Assembly: GCA_027450105.1 (NCBI GenBank)
Contig: DAIDKJ010000001.1
Location: forward strand, 1-41,396
From: Ferrovum sp.
Lineage (GTDB): Bacteria > Pseudomonadota > Gammaproteobacteria > Burkholderiales > Ferrovaceae
DNA: 41,396 nucleotides
Direction: 5' to 3'
The notes under the pieces were generated by a model, which was not told the origin of the DNA, did no database searches, and saw only the letters and a program-made list of their open reading frames with translations. The first letter of the stretch is position 1. Every line of letters begins with the position of its first letter. Positions 1 to 9,627 of the stretch are shown here, one piece after another. The position numbers were made by a program, and so were the translations under genes.

Positions 1-1264
1 CAATGAAACCAGGAAAAATCATGGTCTGGCCATTGGCCCTGAATACACTGTGTGGGCCAACGGCAATATCCACTGCCACTGTATCAAATTGAGCTTGAGT
101 CATCTGGCTCGCAACGGTGCGTTTCCAGATCATTTCGTACAGACGGAATTGGTCGGAATTCAGGTGCCCACGTAAATTGGCCGGTGTCCTGGAAATGGCA
201 GTAGGCCGGATGGCCTCGTGTGCTTCTTGTGCATTTTTGGATTTGCTGGTGTAACTGTTGTGTTTTTCAGGTAAGTACTCACTACTAAAGTTTTCTTTGA
301 TATGAGATCTGATGTCCCGAAGAGCTTCCTGAGACAAGGTAACCGAATCCGTTCTCATGTAGGAAATCAGGCCCACCGCCCCACCGCCAATATCGATTCC
401 TTCATACAGTTGCTGAGCCACTTTCATGGCGCGGTCGGTGGTAAAGCCCAGTTTGCGGACGGCCTCCTGCTGTAAGGTAGACGTGGTGAAGGGGGCTGCA
501 GGATGACGCTGCCGGGTTTTCTTTTCCACACGCAGTACTTTGGCACTCTGCCCTTGCAGTTGTTCCAGCATGAGATTTTTTTGGGATTCTGAAGCGACAG
601 CCAGCTGTTCCAGTTTTTTACCGTCCCATTGAACGAGCTTGGCATGAAAGGATTGGTTATCCTTGTGGCTTTCTAAATGTAGACTCCAATACTCGTCACT
701 CTTGAAAGCCAGAATCTGATTTTCACGCTCAACGATCAGCCTTAAGGCGGGGCTCTGAACACGCCCAGCAGAAAGACCACGGCGAATTTTCTTCCACAGC
801 AGCGGGGACAGATTGAACCCAACCAGATAATCCAAGGCCCGACGGGCTTGCTGTGCATTGACCAAGGGCATAGAGATTTCGCGCGGATGGGCTACGGCCT
901 CACGCACCGCAGTTTGTGTGATCTCGTAAAAAGCGACACGGTGCAATAATTTGTTTTTTAACAGCTTTTTTGATTTCAATATTTCAGCCAGATGCCAGGC
1001 AATGGCCTCTCCCTCGCGATCCGGGTCAGTGGCCAGATAAACCTGATCAGCAGCTTTTACAGCACGCGCGATGGCATCCACATGTTTTTCGTTGCGAGCC
1101 ACAAATTCATACTTCATGGCAAAGCGATTATCTGTGTCGACAGCACCCGATTTTGGGACCAGATCACGAACATGCCCGTAAGAAGCCAGAATTTCAAAAT
1201 CCGGCCCTAAATACTTTTTAAGTGTTTTGGCCTTGGAGGGTGATTCAACAATGAGCAAATTCAT
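1..1264 (-). CDS. topA: DNA topoisomerase I, N-terminal ~421 codons (partial, continues past the left window edge)
   Basis: Absent from the ORF track because it has no stop inside the window. Manual reverse-complement translation from ATG 1264..1262 gives MNLLIVESPSKAKTLKKYLGPDFEILASYGHVRDL. It also shows the TOPRIM acidic motif LATDPDREGEAIAWH and the active-site Tyr motif GLISYMRTDS. The frame stays open to position 1. Confidence 0.93.
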   Translation of the reverse strand, partial: MNLLIVESPSKAKTLKKYLGPDFEILASYGHVRDLVPKSGAVDTDNRFAMKYEFVARNEKHVDAIARAVKAADQVYLATDPDREGEAIAWHLAEILKSKKLLKNKLLHRVAFYEITQTAVREAVAHPREISMPLVNAQQARRALDYLVGFNLSPLLWKKIRRGLSAGRVQSPALRLIVERENQILAFKSDEYWSLHLESHKDNQSFHAKLVQWDGKKLEQLAVASESQKNLMLEQLQGQSAKVLRVEKKTRQRHPAAPFTTSTLQQEAVRKLGFTTDRAMKVAQQLYEGIDIGGGAVGLISYMRTDSVTLSQEALRDIRSHIKENFSSEYLPEKHNSYTSKSKNAQEAHEAIRPTAISRTPANLRGHLNSDQFRLYEMIWKRTVASQMTQAQFDTVAVDIAVGPHSVFRANGQTMIFPGFI

Positions 1265-1295
1265 GGAGAAGGTAGTCGTGTAAGGATGAAATGAA

Positions 1296-1748
1296 TCACT
1301 GAAGCATCCAGTCTTGATAATGAATCAATTCTTCGACCATGAGAGCGTTCATGGTGTCGCCCTGACGCCAAAGAACCATCAATACCATCAATTTCAATTG
1401 ATCAAGATCCATTTCTGGATCGGTGAGCGTCAAAATTCCAGTCAAAATCATTTCTCGTTGACTGCCAGATAGAATGCAGTTGTTTTCCAGAAAGGCCAAA
1501 AATTCCCACCCTTCCTGCCCCAGTCGTTCCAGCTCCATCGGGTCCAGAAAACGGCTTGCCAAGGGACTTTGGCCCAGTGGAGGGGGGGTAGAACCTTCGC
1601 GATGGACGTGGTCCAACCAAGCAAGGGTTTCTTTCACTTCTGGCGCACGGAAGCCAGCCGCAAACAAGCGGTGCTGCAGATCTTCGTGCGCCGGATAAAT
1701 TCCGCTGCCAAAAAAGTTCTCGTACATAAAAATGAGGATATCCACCAT
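1296..1748 (-). CDS. smg: Smg protein (DUF494 family)
   Basis: Last 150 codons of ORF 1296..2228, starting at ATG 1748. MVDILIFMYENFFGSGIYPAHEDLQHRLFAAGFRAPEVKETLAWLD is Smg-like. It sits in the classical position between dprA and topA. Confidence 0.85.
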   Translation of the reverse strand: MVDILIFMYENFFGSGIYPAHEDLQHRLFAAGFRAPEVKETLAWLDHVHREGSTPPPLGQSPLASRFLDPMELERLGQEGWEFLAFLENNCILSGSQREMILTGILTLTDPEMDLDQLKLMVLMVLWRQGDTMNALMVEELIHYQDWMLQ

Positions 1749-1801
1749 GGAATCATGTCCTTTACAGATAGCCCGGGTTGGTCTATACCCTGAAAGATTG
1801 C

Positions 1802-2821
1802 CTAGGAGACCAGTCGCTGAAAGGCTCCTCCAGGGAGTGTGCCAACCAGGTCCCGAAGCTCCAGCGAGGTCAGCATGATGGATACCTGGGCAGTCGTCAA
1901 GCCGGACAGGGTGGAAATTTGATCGATGGATAGAGGTCCTGTGGTAAGGATTTCGAGAATCAGGAGCTCTTCGTCCAAGGGGCAAGGGGATTCTTTCTGT
2001 TCTGATTGGGGGGGATTGGCGGAAAACCGAATCGGTGAACAATGGGTTGCGTGGGGAGTGTTTACTGGACAGGGAAAGGCCTGTTGATTGGTTAGAACCG
2101 CCAGTATCTCCTGGGCTGACTCCACTAGGAGAGCACCCTCGCGAATCAAACGATGGGGCCCCCGAGAGAGCGGAGAGTGAATGGATCCCGGTATGGCAAA
2201 CACTTCGCGTCCAAATTCCAAAGCCCATTGAGCGGTAATCAGTGAACCGCTCTCAAGACTGGCTTCGATCACCACGCAACCCATGCAACAGCCGGCAATG
2301 GTTCGATTGCGCTTGGGAAAATGCCAACGTTGAGGGCCGAGTCCCAGCGGAAACTCGGAAACCAGCGCGCCCTTTCTAAAAATTTCTTGAGCCAGGGGGT
2401 GGTTGCGTGCAGGATAGATTCGGTCGATGCCGGTTCCCATGATGGCTACGGTAGATCCGATCCCACGCAGAGCGCCTTGATGGGCCGCCGTATCGATGCC
2501 CTGGGCCAGGCCGCTGACAATGGTAAAGCCTGCATTGGATAGCGTTTCTGCCATGATCATGGCATCGCGACATCCTTGGCGCGATGCATTTCTGCTCCCC
2601 ACGATGGCTACCATGGGTTGTGTCAAAAGCGTTTTATTCCCTTTCACATAGAGGGGGTCCGCTGCGGCGTTCACAGGCGACAACAAGGGAGGATAATCTG
2701 ATCGCCCCTGGTGGACGAGATGGGCGTTGGGTGTTTGCAACCAAGCTCTTGCTACAGCATCTTCGCAAAGGGGTGAGTCAAGGTTGGTGTGGCAGGATCC
2801 GTTGGTGCGTGCCATCATCAA
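1802..2821 (-). CDS. dprA: DNA processing/protecting protein DprA (Smf)
   Basis: Rossmann-fold core [38 protein letters not shown] and [13 protein letters not shown]-terminal winged-helix-like tail [21 protein letters not shown]. Three consecutive Met codons at the start, so the exact start is uncertain. Confidence 0.9.
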   Translation of the reverse strand: MMMARTNGSCHTNLDSPLCEDAVARAWLQTPNAHLVHQGRSDYPPLLSPVNAAADPLYVKGNKTLLTQPMVAIVGSRNASRQGCRDAMIMAETLSNAGFTIVSGLAQGIDTAAHQGALRGIGSTVAIMGTGIDRIYPARNHPLAQEIFRKGALVSEFPLGLGPQRWHFPKRNRTIAGCCMGCVVIEASLESGSLITAQWALEFGREVFAIPGSIHSPLSRGPHRLIREGALLVESAQEILAVLTNQQAFPCPVNTPHATHCSPIRFSANPPQSEQKESPCPLDEELLILEILTTGPLSIDQISTLSGLTTAQVSIMLTSLELRDLVGTLPGGAFQRLVS

Positions 2822-2846
2822 GGGGTGCTCTGAGGGGCAAGATCGT

Positions 2847-2852
2847 TATAAT
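2847..2852 (+). promoter_or_regulatory. Candidate -10 hexamer (TATAAT) for def in the dprA/def divergent spacer
   Basis: Perfect TATAAT 43 nt upstream of the def ATG. There is no good -35 at 17 nt spacing (GGTGCT). The call rests on sequence pattern only. Confidence 0.3.
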
Positions 2853-2894
2853 ACAGGCGTTGAACGGTTCATTTTTTACGAAAAAAGTCATCTT

Positions 2895-3398
2895 ATGGCA
2901 CTTCTTCCCATTCTTCGCTATCCCGATGCGCGATTGCATACCCGGGCACGCCCGGTAGCCCAGGTGGACCAAACCATCGAAAGATTGATCGATGACATGA
3001 TTGAAACCATGTACGCTGCGGTAGGTATCGGTCTGGCTGCTACGCAGGTCAATGTTCATCAGCGTCTCATTGTGATCGATATCTCCGATGACCATCAGAA
3101 CCCACAGGTTTTCATCAATCCCCGCATTCTCGCGCGTGAAGGGTCGGTGTTGCGTGAAGAGGGTTGCCTATCGGTTCCGGGAATCTACGAGTGTGTGACT
3201 CGTTCGGAAACGGTGGTGGTGGAGGCGCTGGATCGCCGGGGGCAGCCGTTTTCCCTGCAAGCAACAGGGTTATTGGCGGTTTGTATACAGCATGAAATGG
3301 ATCATCTGGAAGGCAAGGTTTTTGTGGAGTATCTGTCACCCTTGAAACAGAACCGGATCAAGACAAAAATGCGTAAACGCGCTCGAGAAACCCTGTAA
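2895..3398 (+). CDS. def: Peptide deformylase
   Basis: Internal ATG of ORF 2727..3398 giving [14 protein letters not shown]. All three metal-binding motifs are present: [17 protein letters not shown] and HEMDHLEG. Confidence 0.93.
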   Translation: MALLPILRYPDARLHTRARPVAQVDQTIERLIDDMIETMYAAVGIGLAATQVNVHQRLIVIDISDDHQNPQVFINPRILAREGSVLREEGCLSVPGIYECVTRSETVVVEALDRRGQPFSLQATGLLAVCIQHEMDHLEGKVFVEYLSPLKQNRIKTKMRKRARETL

Positions 3399-4351
3399 TG
3401 GACATATTATTTGCCGGGACACCCGAGTTTGCGGCCCAGGATCTGAAGGCACTCCTGCAAAGCAAACATCAAGTCCTGGGGGTGTTGACGCAACCAGACC
3501 GACCAGCTGGACGTGGCTATCGCTCAAGCACCAGTCCGGTCAAGCAGATTGCTCAGGCGGCAGGCCTTCCCTTGTATCAGCCCGAGCGCTTGAAGGGAAC
3601 CGAAGTAACAGAGTGGATCGGAAAAATGGACGCTCAGCTACTGGTGGTGTCCGCCTATGGTCTACTGATTCCAGCTCCGGTTTTGGCCTTATTTCCCTTG
3701 GGAGCGATTAATGTTCATGCCTCGCTATTACCGCGTTGGCGAGGTGCGGCACCGATACAACGCGCCCTTGAGGCAGGTGACCATGAAACCGGAATCAGTA
3801 TCATGCAGATGGAATCGGGATTGGATACCGGGCCTGTGCTGTTGACTGAAGCCTGTGAGATTCATGCGCAAGATAACAGCAAGACGCTGCATGATCGTTT
3901 GGCTCCTCTGGGGGCGCGGTTATTGATTCAGGCGTTGGACGCATTGGAAAGTGGAATGTTGCAGCCTCGCCCTCAACCCCAGGAGGGCATGTTGTATGCC
4001 CATAAGATTACCAAGGAGGAAGCCGTTCTGGACTGGTCCCGATCGGCAACACAATTGGAACGAACCATCAGGGCCTTGAATCCGGCACCGGTGTGCAGAA
4101 CCACATTGCGTGGCACCCTGATCAAAGTGTGGGAGGCACGTCTTGTTCCGGTTGGCTTAACAGACTCCGAGTTACAACCAGCACCGGCGGGTACTGTTGT
4201 GGCGCTCACTCATCAGGCGCTGCGGGTTGCTTGTGGCGACGGCCTGCTGGATTTGACCGTGGTACAAAAAACGGGCGGAAAACCCCTGTCCGCGGATCAA
4301 TTTCGTGCCGGATTTCAAGTCTCGATTGGTGATGTGCTGGGGGCCTCATGA
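3398..4351 (+). CDS. fmt: Methionyl-tRNA formyltransferase
   Basis: [14 protein letters not shown]-terminus and the HASLLPRWRGAAPIQRAL motif. The start overlaps the def stop (TAATG). Confidence 0.93.
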   Translation: MDILFAGTPEFAAQDLKALLQSKHQVLGVLTQPDRPAGRGYRSSTSPVKQIAQAAGLPLYQPERLKGTEVTEWIGKMDAQLLVVSAYGLLIPAPVLALFPLGAINVHASLLPRWRGAAPIQRALEAGDHETGISIMQMESGLDTGPVLLTEACEIHAQDNSKTLHDRLAPLGARLLIQALDALESGMLQPRPQPQEGMLYAHKITKEEAVLDWSRSATQLERTIRALNPAPVCRTTLRGTLIKVWEARLVPVGLTDSELQPAPAGTVVALTHQALRVACGDGLLDLTVVQKTGGKPLSADQFRAGFQVSIGDVLGAS

Positions 4352-5625
4352 TTGAAATTCAACGTTTGGCCACGATTGCTCTGGTTCAGGTCATGCTGGG
4401 AAAAAATCTGGATCATGCCCTGACAGAAGCGCGTAAGCAGGCTAAAGGGCAATTGACTGATCATGAGCGCGCTGCGTTGCAGGACATAGGTTATGGGGTG
4501 CAACGATTCCGGCAAGAACTTGAAAACGTTTTACAACCATTGTATTTGAAGCGCAAACCCGATCCACCAATCGATGCGTTGCTTGTGGTGGGCGCTTATC
4601 AGTTATTACATACGCGCATGGCGCCCCATGCCGTGGTCAGCCATGCCGTGGAAGTTGCTGCGTTGTTCCATGGCCCGGGGGCCAAGGGCTTCGTCAACGG
4701 CGTACTACGTAACCTGTTGCGCCAGCGTGAAGCGTTGCTGGAATTATCGCACGCCACACCGGAGGGAAAATACAGTCATCCCCACTGGTGGATCGAAACC
4801 TTGCAGCGGCAGTATCCACAGGAGTGGGAAGAGATACTGCTCATGGCACAACAGCATCCGCCCATGACGTTGCGTGTCAATCGTCGTCATAGTAACCGCG
4901 ATCAATACCAACAACGTTTGTCACAAGCAGGCATCACAAGCCGCCCCGTGGGAAAGGAGGGATTGATACTGAGCGAACCCGTGGTAGTAAATCGATTACC
5001 GGGTTTTGCCGAAGGTCATGTTTCAGTGCAGGATGCAGCAGCTCAATATGCACCGCATTTGCTGGGACTACACGGGGGTCAACGGGTTTTGGATGCTTGT
5101 GCAGCACCCGGGGGGAAAGCGGCACATATTCTGGAACTCATCAGCGATATCCAGTTATGGGCACTGGACAAGGACGCGGGCCGGGTGAAAAAGATGGAAG
5201 CCAACTTTGAGCGCATGGGGATGAAGGCCCATTGTGCTTTTGCCGATGCGACACGTCCCGAGGATTGGTGGGATGGGGTACTGTTTGATCGCATCCTGTT
5301 GGATGCCCCCTGTAGCGGATCGGGAGTGGTGCGACGCCACCCGGATATCAAATGGTTGCGCCGACCTGAGGATATTCCGGCACTGGCAGCGGTACAGGGC
5401 AGGCTGTTGGAAACCTTATGGCCTCTGGTGCGCAAAGGCGGACGATTGGTGTACTCCACATGCTCTCTTTTCAGGGAAGAAAACCAGGAACAACGGGACC
5501 GATTCCTCGGTATTCAATCCGACGCACGGTTGTTACCCGTTCAGGATTCACTGTGCCGTGAAGGCCAGATCCATCCCGACAGGGATCACGATGGGTTTTT
5601 TTATGCGGTTTTTCAGAAAATCTGA
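4348..5625 (+). CDS. rsmB: 16S rRNA (cytosine967-C5)-methyltransferase
   Basis: NusB-like N-terminal domain, SAM motif VLDACAAPGGKAAHILE, and catalytic Cys motifs LLDAPCSGSGVVRRHPDIKW and LVYSTCSL. ATGA overlap with fmt. Confidence 0.92.
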   Translation: MIEIQRLATIALVQVMLGKNLDHALTEARKQAKGQLTDHERAALQDIGYGVQRFRQELENVLQPLYLKRKPDPPIDALLVVGAYQLLHTRMAPHAVVSHAVEVAALFHGPGAKGFVNGVLRNLLRQREALLELSHATPEGKYSHPHWWIETLQRQYPQEWEEILLMAQQHPPMTLRVNRRHSNRDQYQQRLSQAGITSRPVGKEGLILSEPVVVNRLPGFAEGHVSVQDAAAQYAPHLLGLHGGQRVLDACAAPGGKAAHILELISDIQLWALDKDAGRVKKMEANFERMGMKAHCAFADATRPEDWWDGVLFDRILLDAPCSGSGVVRRHPDIKWLRRPEDIPALAAVQGRLLETLWPLVRKGGRLVYSTCSLFREENQEQRDRFLGIQSDARLLPVQDSLCREGQIHPDRDHDGFFYAVFQKI

Positions 5626-6172
5626 GTTTGTCATTCCTCTGACCGCGCTCATCCTCTGGATGCTGGCAGCCTCTATGCCTGTGCTGGCAGAAGGTGTGAG
5701 GGTGACTCACGCCAGCATTTACGCCAGTGAAGAGGGTCAATATCTAGATGCGGAATTTTCCCTCGACTTGACTCCTGTGTTGGAAGATGCCTTGAATCGT
5801 GGTGTTTCCCTGACCTTCAATATCAGTCTGGAAGTCCTGGAGCCTCGCTGGTATTGGTTCAACAAGGTACTGATCAATTTCCATCAGGACCGGCGCTTGA
5901 GCTTCAACCCCTTGACCCGTACCTATCGATTTTCCATTGGTTCGCTCTACCTGAGTTTTGGGACGTTGGAAGATGCGCTCCAGGCCCTGACCCATTTGAA
6001 CCATATGCGTTTGTCTGAGGCTGGTAGATTTTCCAAAGGTGGGCATTATGAGGCCACGCTGCAAATGAAGTTGGATGTGTCGCAACTCCCCAAACCCTTT
6101 CAACTGGATGCCTTCTCCAATAGTGACTGGAATTTGGTATCCAAACCCATGAGCTGGACGGTCAAACCATGA
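5591..6172 (+). CDS. Secreted DUF4390-like protein
   Basis: In-frame ATGs at 5591 and 5603 within ORF 5234..6172. Signal peptide MRFFRKSEFVIPLTALILWMLAASMPVLA/EG. The start lies inside the rsmB 3' end and the stop overlaps the kinase start (ATGA at 6169). The DUF4390 assignment is from memory of this conserved neighbourhood. Confidence 0.7.
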   Translation: MGFFMRFFRKSEFVIPLTALILWMLAASMPVLAEGVRVTHASIYASEEGQYLDAEFSLDLTPVLEDALNRGVSLTFNISLEVLEPRWYWFNKVLINFHQDRRLSFNPLTRTYRFSIGSLYLSFGTLEDALQALTHLNHMRLSEAGRFSKGGHYEATLQMKLDVSQLPKPFQLDAFSNSDWNLVSKPMSWTVKP

Positions 6173-8325
6173 CGCTGGTTCAGGTGCTGACCAAGCACCC
6201 CATGAAGTGGGCGGTATTCATGGGGGTATTGGTGGGTTTGGTGTTGCTGTACATGCTCTCCGAAGCGACCTCAAATACTTCCCTGTTTGCCCAGAATTAT
6301 CCTAGATTATTGATGGCTGGTGCGGTGGTTGCCCTGGCTTTGATGGGTTTGATTTCCTTTCAGTTATGGACCTTGTACGGGAAGTTGAAACATCAGGTGT
6401 TTGGAGCGCGCTTGACTTTCAAACTGGTCATCGTTTTTGCCTTGATGGCGGTGCTTCCGGGGACCTTGGTCTATGGTGTATCAGTCAAATTCCTTTCCAA
6501 TAGCATCGAGTCCTGGTTTGACGTGAATGTGGATAATGCACTGAGTGCCGGTCTGGATTTGGGGCGAACCGCATTTGATAGCATGCTTCTGGATCTGGCC
6601 CGCAAGGGGGAGATGATATCCGGCGAATTGGGTGATGCCATGATTGCAGAGGAGTCTTCGGCATTGCACCGTCTGCGGGAACAATATGTGGTGCAAGAAA
6701 TCACCCTGTTTTCGAAGTCGGGCAACATCCTGGTTTTTTCCAATGCGCTCAACGATAAATTGATTCCGAATCCTGTGCCGATCAATGCATCGATACTGCA
6801 TCAGATTCGAACCCAGCATGTGTTCAAAACGGTTGAAAGCATTCCGGACCGGGGGTTGTTTTTGCGGGTTGTGGTTCCTGTGAATCGACTGTCTTATGAG
6901 GAGGACATTCAAGCCCTGCAACTGATCCAACCGGTGGCCAAGAATCTGGCCACCGATGCGGATAGCGTGGAAGCAGCTTATCGCGGTTATCAAGAGTTAT
7001 TACTGGCCCGCACCGGACTAAAACGCATTTATGGCCTTAACCTGACTTTGGCACTGCTGTTGACCCTTTTGACTGCAATCGCTCTGGCTTTCGTGATATC
7101 CGAACGCTTGGGGGCGCCTTTGAGTGCTTTGGCCGAGAGCGCGCGAGCAGTGGGCGCTGGGGACTTCACCAAGATCACGCCGGTCACTGGGAATGATGAG
7201 TTGGGTGCCCTGACGCGTTCGTTCAACACCATGACGCGGCAATTGAGTGAGACGTCGGCCGCCCGATTGAAGGATCAGGAAAAACTGGCTGCGGCCAAAG
7301 CGTATCAGGAAAGCATATTGTCCAATCTATCCACCGGGGTGATTGTTCTGGATGAGGCATTTCGGCTTAAAATTGCCAACAACAGTGCAGAAAACCTTCT
7401 CGATGCCAAAAAATTGCACCAATTGCCTCTCTCCGAATGGGGTGTGAAAGTCGCGGAATTGGCTACAGTGGCCGATTTTTTAGCCTCTCAATTTCGGGAA
7501 GCGCACGATCAGCCCTGGGAGGGAGATGGAGACTATCTATCGTCCCATGGAAACCGAAAATTTCATTTTCGGGGAACCCGTCTTCCACAGGAGCACGGTG
7601 GTGATTATGTTCTGGTTTTCGACGATATCACGGAAATCCTCCAGGCCCAAAGGGACGCCGCTTGGGGAGAAGTGGCGCGCAGGCTGGCTCATGAAATCAA
7701 GAATCCGTTGACACCCATCCAGTTGGCCGCCGATCGGTTGCGTCACAAGTTGATGGAAAAACTTCCTGAAGCCGAAGCAAAAATCCTCGAACGTTCCACG
7801 GCCACGATCATCAACCAGGTGGACGCCCTGAAAAACATGGTGAATGATTTCAGCGAATATGCCCGATCCTCCAAAATGGTGCCCAAAAGCCTGGATCTCA
7901 ACCAGTTGATTCGCGAGGTTATGGTGCTGTATGAGTCGGCGGAGCATAAAATCAAGCTATCCTTGGATCCACATCTGCCGCTGATCGATGGGGATATGCA
8001 CCGCATGCGCCAGGTGATTCACAACCTGGTTCAAAACGCACAGGATGCTTTGCAGGAGTATCATCAGGCCTATGTGATGATTGATACCTCGTTGGAAGAA
8101 GAAGAGGTCAGTTTTGTCGTGTCAGATAACGGCCCGGGGTTTTCTGATGAGTTTCTGGTGCGCGTGTTCGAGCCCTATGCAACGACAAAAACCAAGGGAA
8201 CGGGCCTGGGCTTGTCTATTGTGAAAAAAATCATTGAGGAACATCATGGCAAGATCACGGTTTCCAATCGGGAGTCGGGTGGGGCCATGGTGCGCATTCT
8301 GTTGCCTTTGAGAGGAGCGCGTTGA
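6169..8325 (+). CDS. ntrY: NtrY-type sensor histidine kinase (TM-HAMP-PAS-HisKA-HATPase)
   Basis: N-terminal TM helices, HAMP (GDFTKITPVTGNDELGALTRSFNTMTRQL), PAS (ILSNLSTGVIVLDEAF), H-box RRLAHEIKNPLTPIQL and G-boxes DNGPGF / GTGLGLSIVKKIIEEH. Confidence 0.88.
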   Translation: MTLVQVLTKHPMKWAVFMGVLVGLVLLYMLSEATSNTSLFAQNYPRLLMAGAVVALALMGLISFQLWTLYGKLKHQVFGARLTFKLVIVFALMAVLPGTLVYGVSVKFLSNSIESWFDVNVDNALSAGLDLGRTAFDSMLLDLARKGEMISGELGDAMIAEESSALHRLREQYVVQEITLFSKSGNILVFSNALNDKLIPNPVPINASILHQIRTQHVFKTVESIPDRGLFLRVVVPVNRLSYEEDIQALQLIQPVAKNLATDADSVEAAYRGYQELLLARTGLKRIYGLNLTLALLLTLLTAIALAFVISERLGAPLSALAESARAVGAGDFTKITPVTGNDELGALTRSFNTMTRQLSETSAARLKDQEKLAAAKAYQESILSNLSTGVIVLDEAFRLKIANNSAENLLDAKKLHQLPLSEWGVKVAELATVADFLASQFREAHDQPWEGDGDYLSSHGNRKFHFRGTRLPQEHGGDYVLVFDDITEILQAQRDAAWGEVARRLAHEIKNPLTPIQLAADRLRHKLMEKLPEAEAKILERSTATIINQVDALKNMVNDFSEYARSSKMVPKSLDLNQLIREVMVLYESAEHKIKLSLDPHLPLIDGDMHRMRQVIHNLVQNAQDALQEYHQAYVMIDTSLEEEEVSFVVSDNGPGFSDEFLVRVFEPYATTKTKGTGLGLSIVKKIIEEHHGKITVSNRESGGAMVRILLPLRGAR

Positions 8326-9590
8326 TGTCCAACCAAATCCTGGTCGTTGATGACGAAGTGGGCATTCGGGAATTGCTGTCCGAGATTCTCCATGACGAGG
8401 GATACCATGTGCGACTGGCTGCCGATGCCATGGAAGCACGCAGACTCAGGCATGAAGAACGCCCGGATCTGGTTTTGCTGGATATCTGGATGCCCCAGAT
8501 GGATGGCATTAGTTTACTGAAGGAATGGCGTGCTTTGGGGCAACTCAACATGCCCGTCATCATGATGTCGGGTCATGGATCGGTGGATACGGCTGTGGAA
8601 GCTACTCGAATGGGAGCCTTCGACTTTTTGGAAAAACCCATCGCTCTCCCCAAACTGCTGGCAACAGTGGAACGTGCCATGCGTAAGGGAAAAATGAATT
8701 TCCGTCCCCAGTTGACTACCCTGCAATTGGGCAAAGGAGATGCAGTGGTTCGGTTGCGATATCAATTGTCGCAGGTGGCTAATCATAATGCGCCATTATT
8801 GCTGGTGGGTGAACCCGGTTGCGGGATTGAGTTGGCTGCTCGCCAATTGCATCAGGAGAACACCCCCTGGTTTTATTCAGAGCAGCATCAGTGGCTGGCC
8901 GAAAACCCCTTTGAACCGCTGAATGACAGCCAGGGTGGAATCCTGTTCATTCCCGAAATTGGCGAGTTGAACGCAGCCCAGCAAAAGGGTTTGGGACAGT
9001 TGCTGGGAAAGCTGGAAAAACATCAGGTCAAATTGATTTGCGGCAGCACCCATCCGATTGCCCAACTGACTCAAAATCAGGGATTTGATCCTGATTTGGC
9101 TGCAAAACTTTCCGCAGTGACCATTCGCGTACCGGCGTTGCGGGAGCATGCAGAGGATATACCGGATATTGCAGTTGTTTTGCTGCATGCCATGGTTAGT
9201 GCGGGAGAGGTCCCCCCAAAAACCCTGGCCACCAGTGCCTTGAACGCCTTTAGACAAGCGCGCTGGGCGGGAAATCTGCCGATGCTGACCAACGTGATTC
9301 GTACCCTCGCGCTGACGGTGGCCGGGCCGGATATCACAGGGGATGAGGCCCTCAAACTCTTGGGCCAATTCGAGGCTCAGCAACCGGCCAATCCGGAAAA
9401 AATACAATTTGAGAGACCGTTGCGGGAAGCCCGGGATGATTTCGAACGGGCCTATTTCGAATATCACATTCGTCAGGAAGCAGGAAACATGTCCCGGGTT
9501 GCAGAAAGAGTTGGCCTGGAGCGAACCCATCTCTACAGGAAGTTGAAACAACTGGGCATACGGCCCGGCGCGCAGCGCGTGTACGAATAG
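8325..9590 (+). CDS. ntrX: NtrX-type response regulator (REC, degenerate AAA+, Fis-type HTH)
   Basis: REC domain ILVVDDEVGIRELL..LVLLDIWMPQMDG..LEKPI. Central domain has a decayed Walker A, GEPGCGIE. C-terminal HTH GNMSRVAERVGLERTHLYRKLKQLGI. ATG 8325 overlaps the kinase stop (TGATG); the track start 8322 is a TTG one codon upstream. Confidence 0.85.
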   Translation: MSNQILVVDDEVGIRELLSEILHDEGYHVRLAADAMEARRLRHEERPDLVLLDIWMPQMDGISLLKEWRALGQLNMPVIMMSGHGSVDTAVEATRMGAFDFLEKPIALPKLLATVERAMRKGKMNFRPQLTTLQLGKGDAVVRLRYQLSQVANHNAPLLLVGEPGCGIELAARQLHQENTPWFYSEQHQWLAENPFEPLNDSQGGILFIPEIGELNAAQQKGLGQLLGKLEKHQVKLICGSTHPIAQLTQNQGFDPDLAAKLSAVTIRVPALREHAEDIPDIAVVLLHAMVSAGEVPPKTLATSALNAFRQARWAGNLPMLTNVIRTLALTVAGPDITGDEALKLLGQFEAQQPANPEKIQFERPLREARDDFERAYFEYHIRQEAGNMSRVAERVGLERTHLYRKLKQLGIRPGAQRVYE

Positions 9591-9627
9591 TTTGTTTTCA
9601 AAACAGATTGCCTGTCCAATATCCCCT

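Noticed and set aside
1749-2228. Upstream extension of the smg ORF (310 aa in the track), overlapping dprA out of frame
   Set aside because: The Smg-like sequence begins at the internal ATG 1748. The extension is Pro/Ser/Arg-rich and overlaps the well-supported dprA 3' part.
1802-2821. Apparent N-terminal truncation of DprA
   Set aside because: About 70 residues precede the VAIVGSR Rossmann start, which is comparable to full-length DprA proteins that carry the SAM-like domain. There is no real evidence of truncation.
5234-5590. 119-codon upstream extension of the DUF4390 ORF inside rsmB
   Set aside because: The signal peptide begins at Met 5591/5603. The extension overlaps the conserved rsmB catalytic region in another frame.
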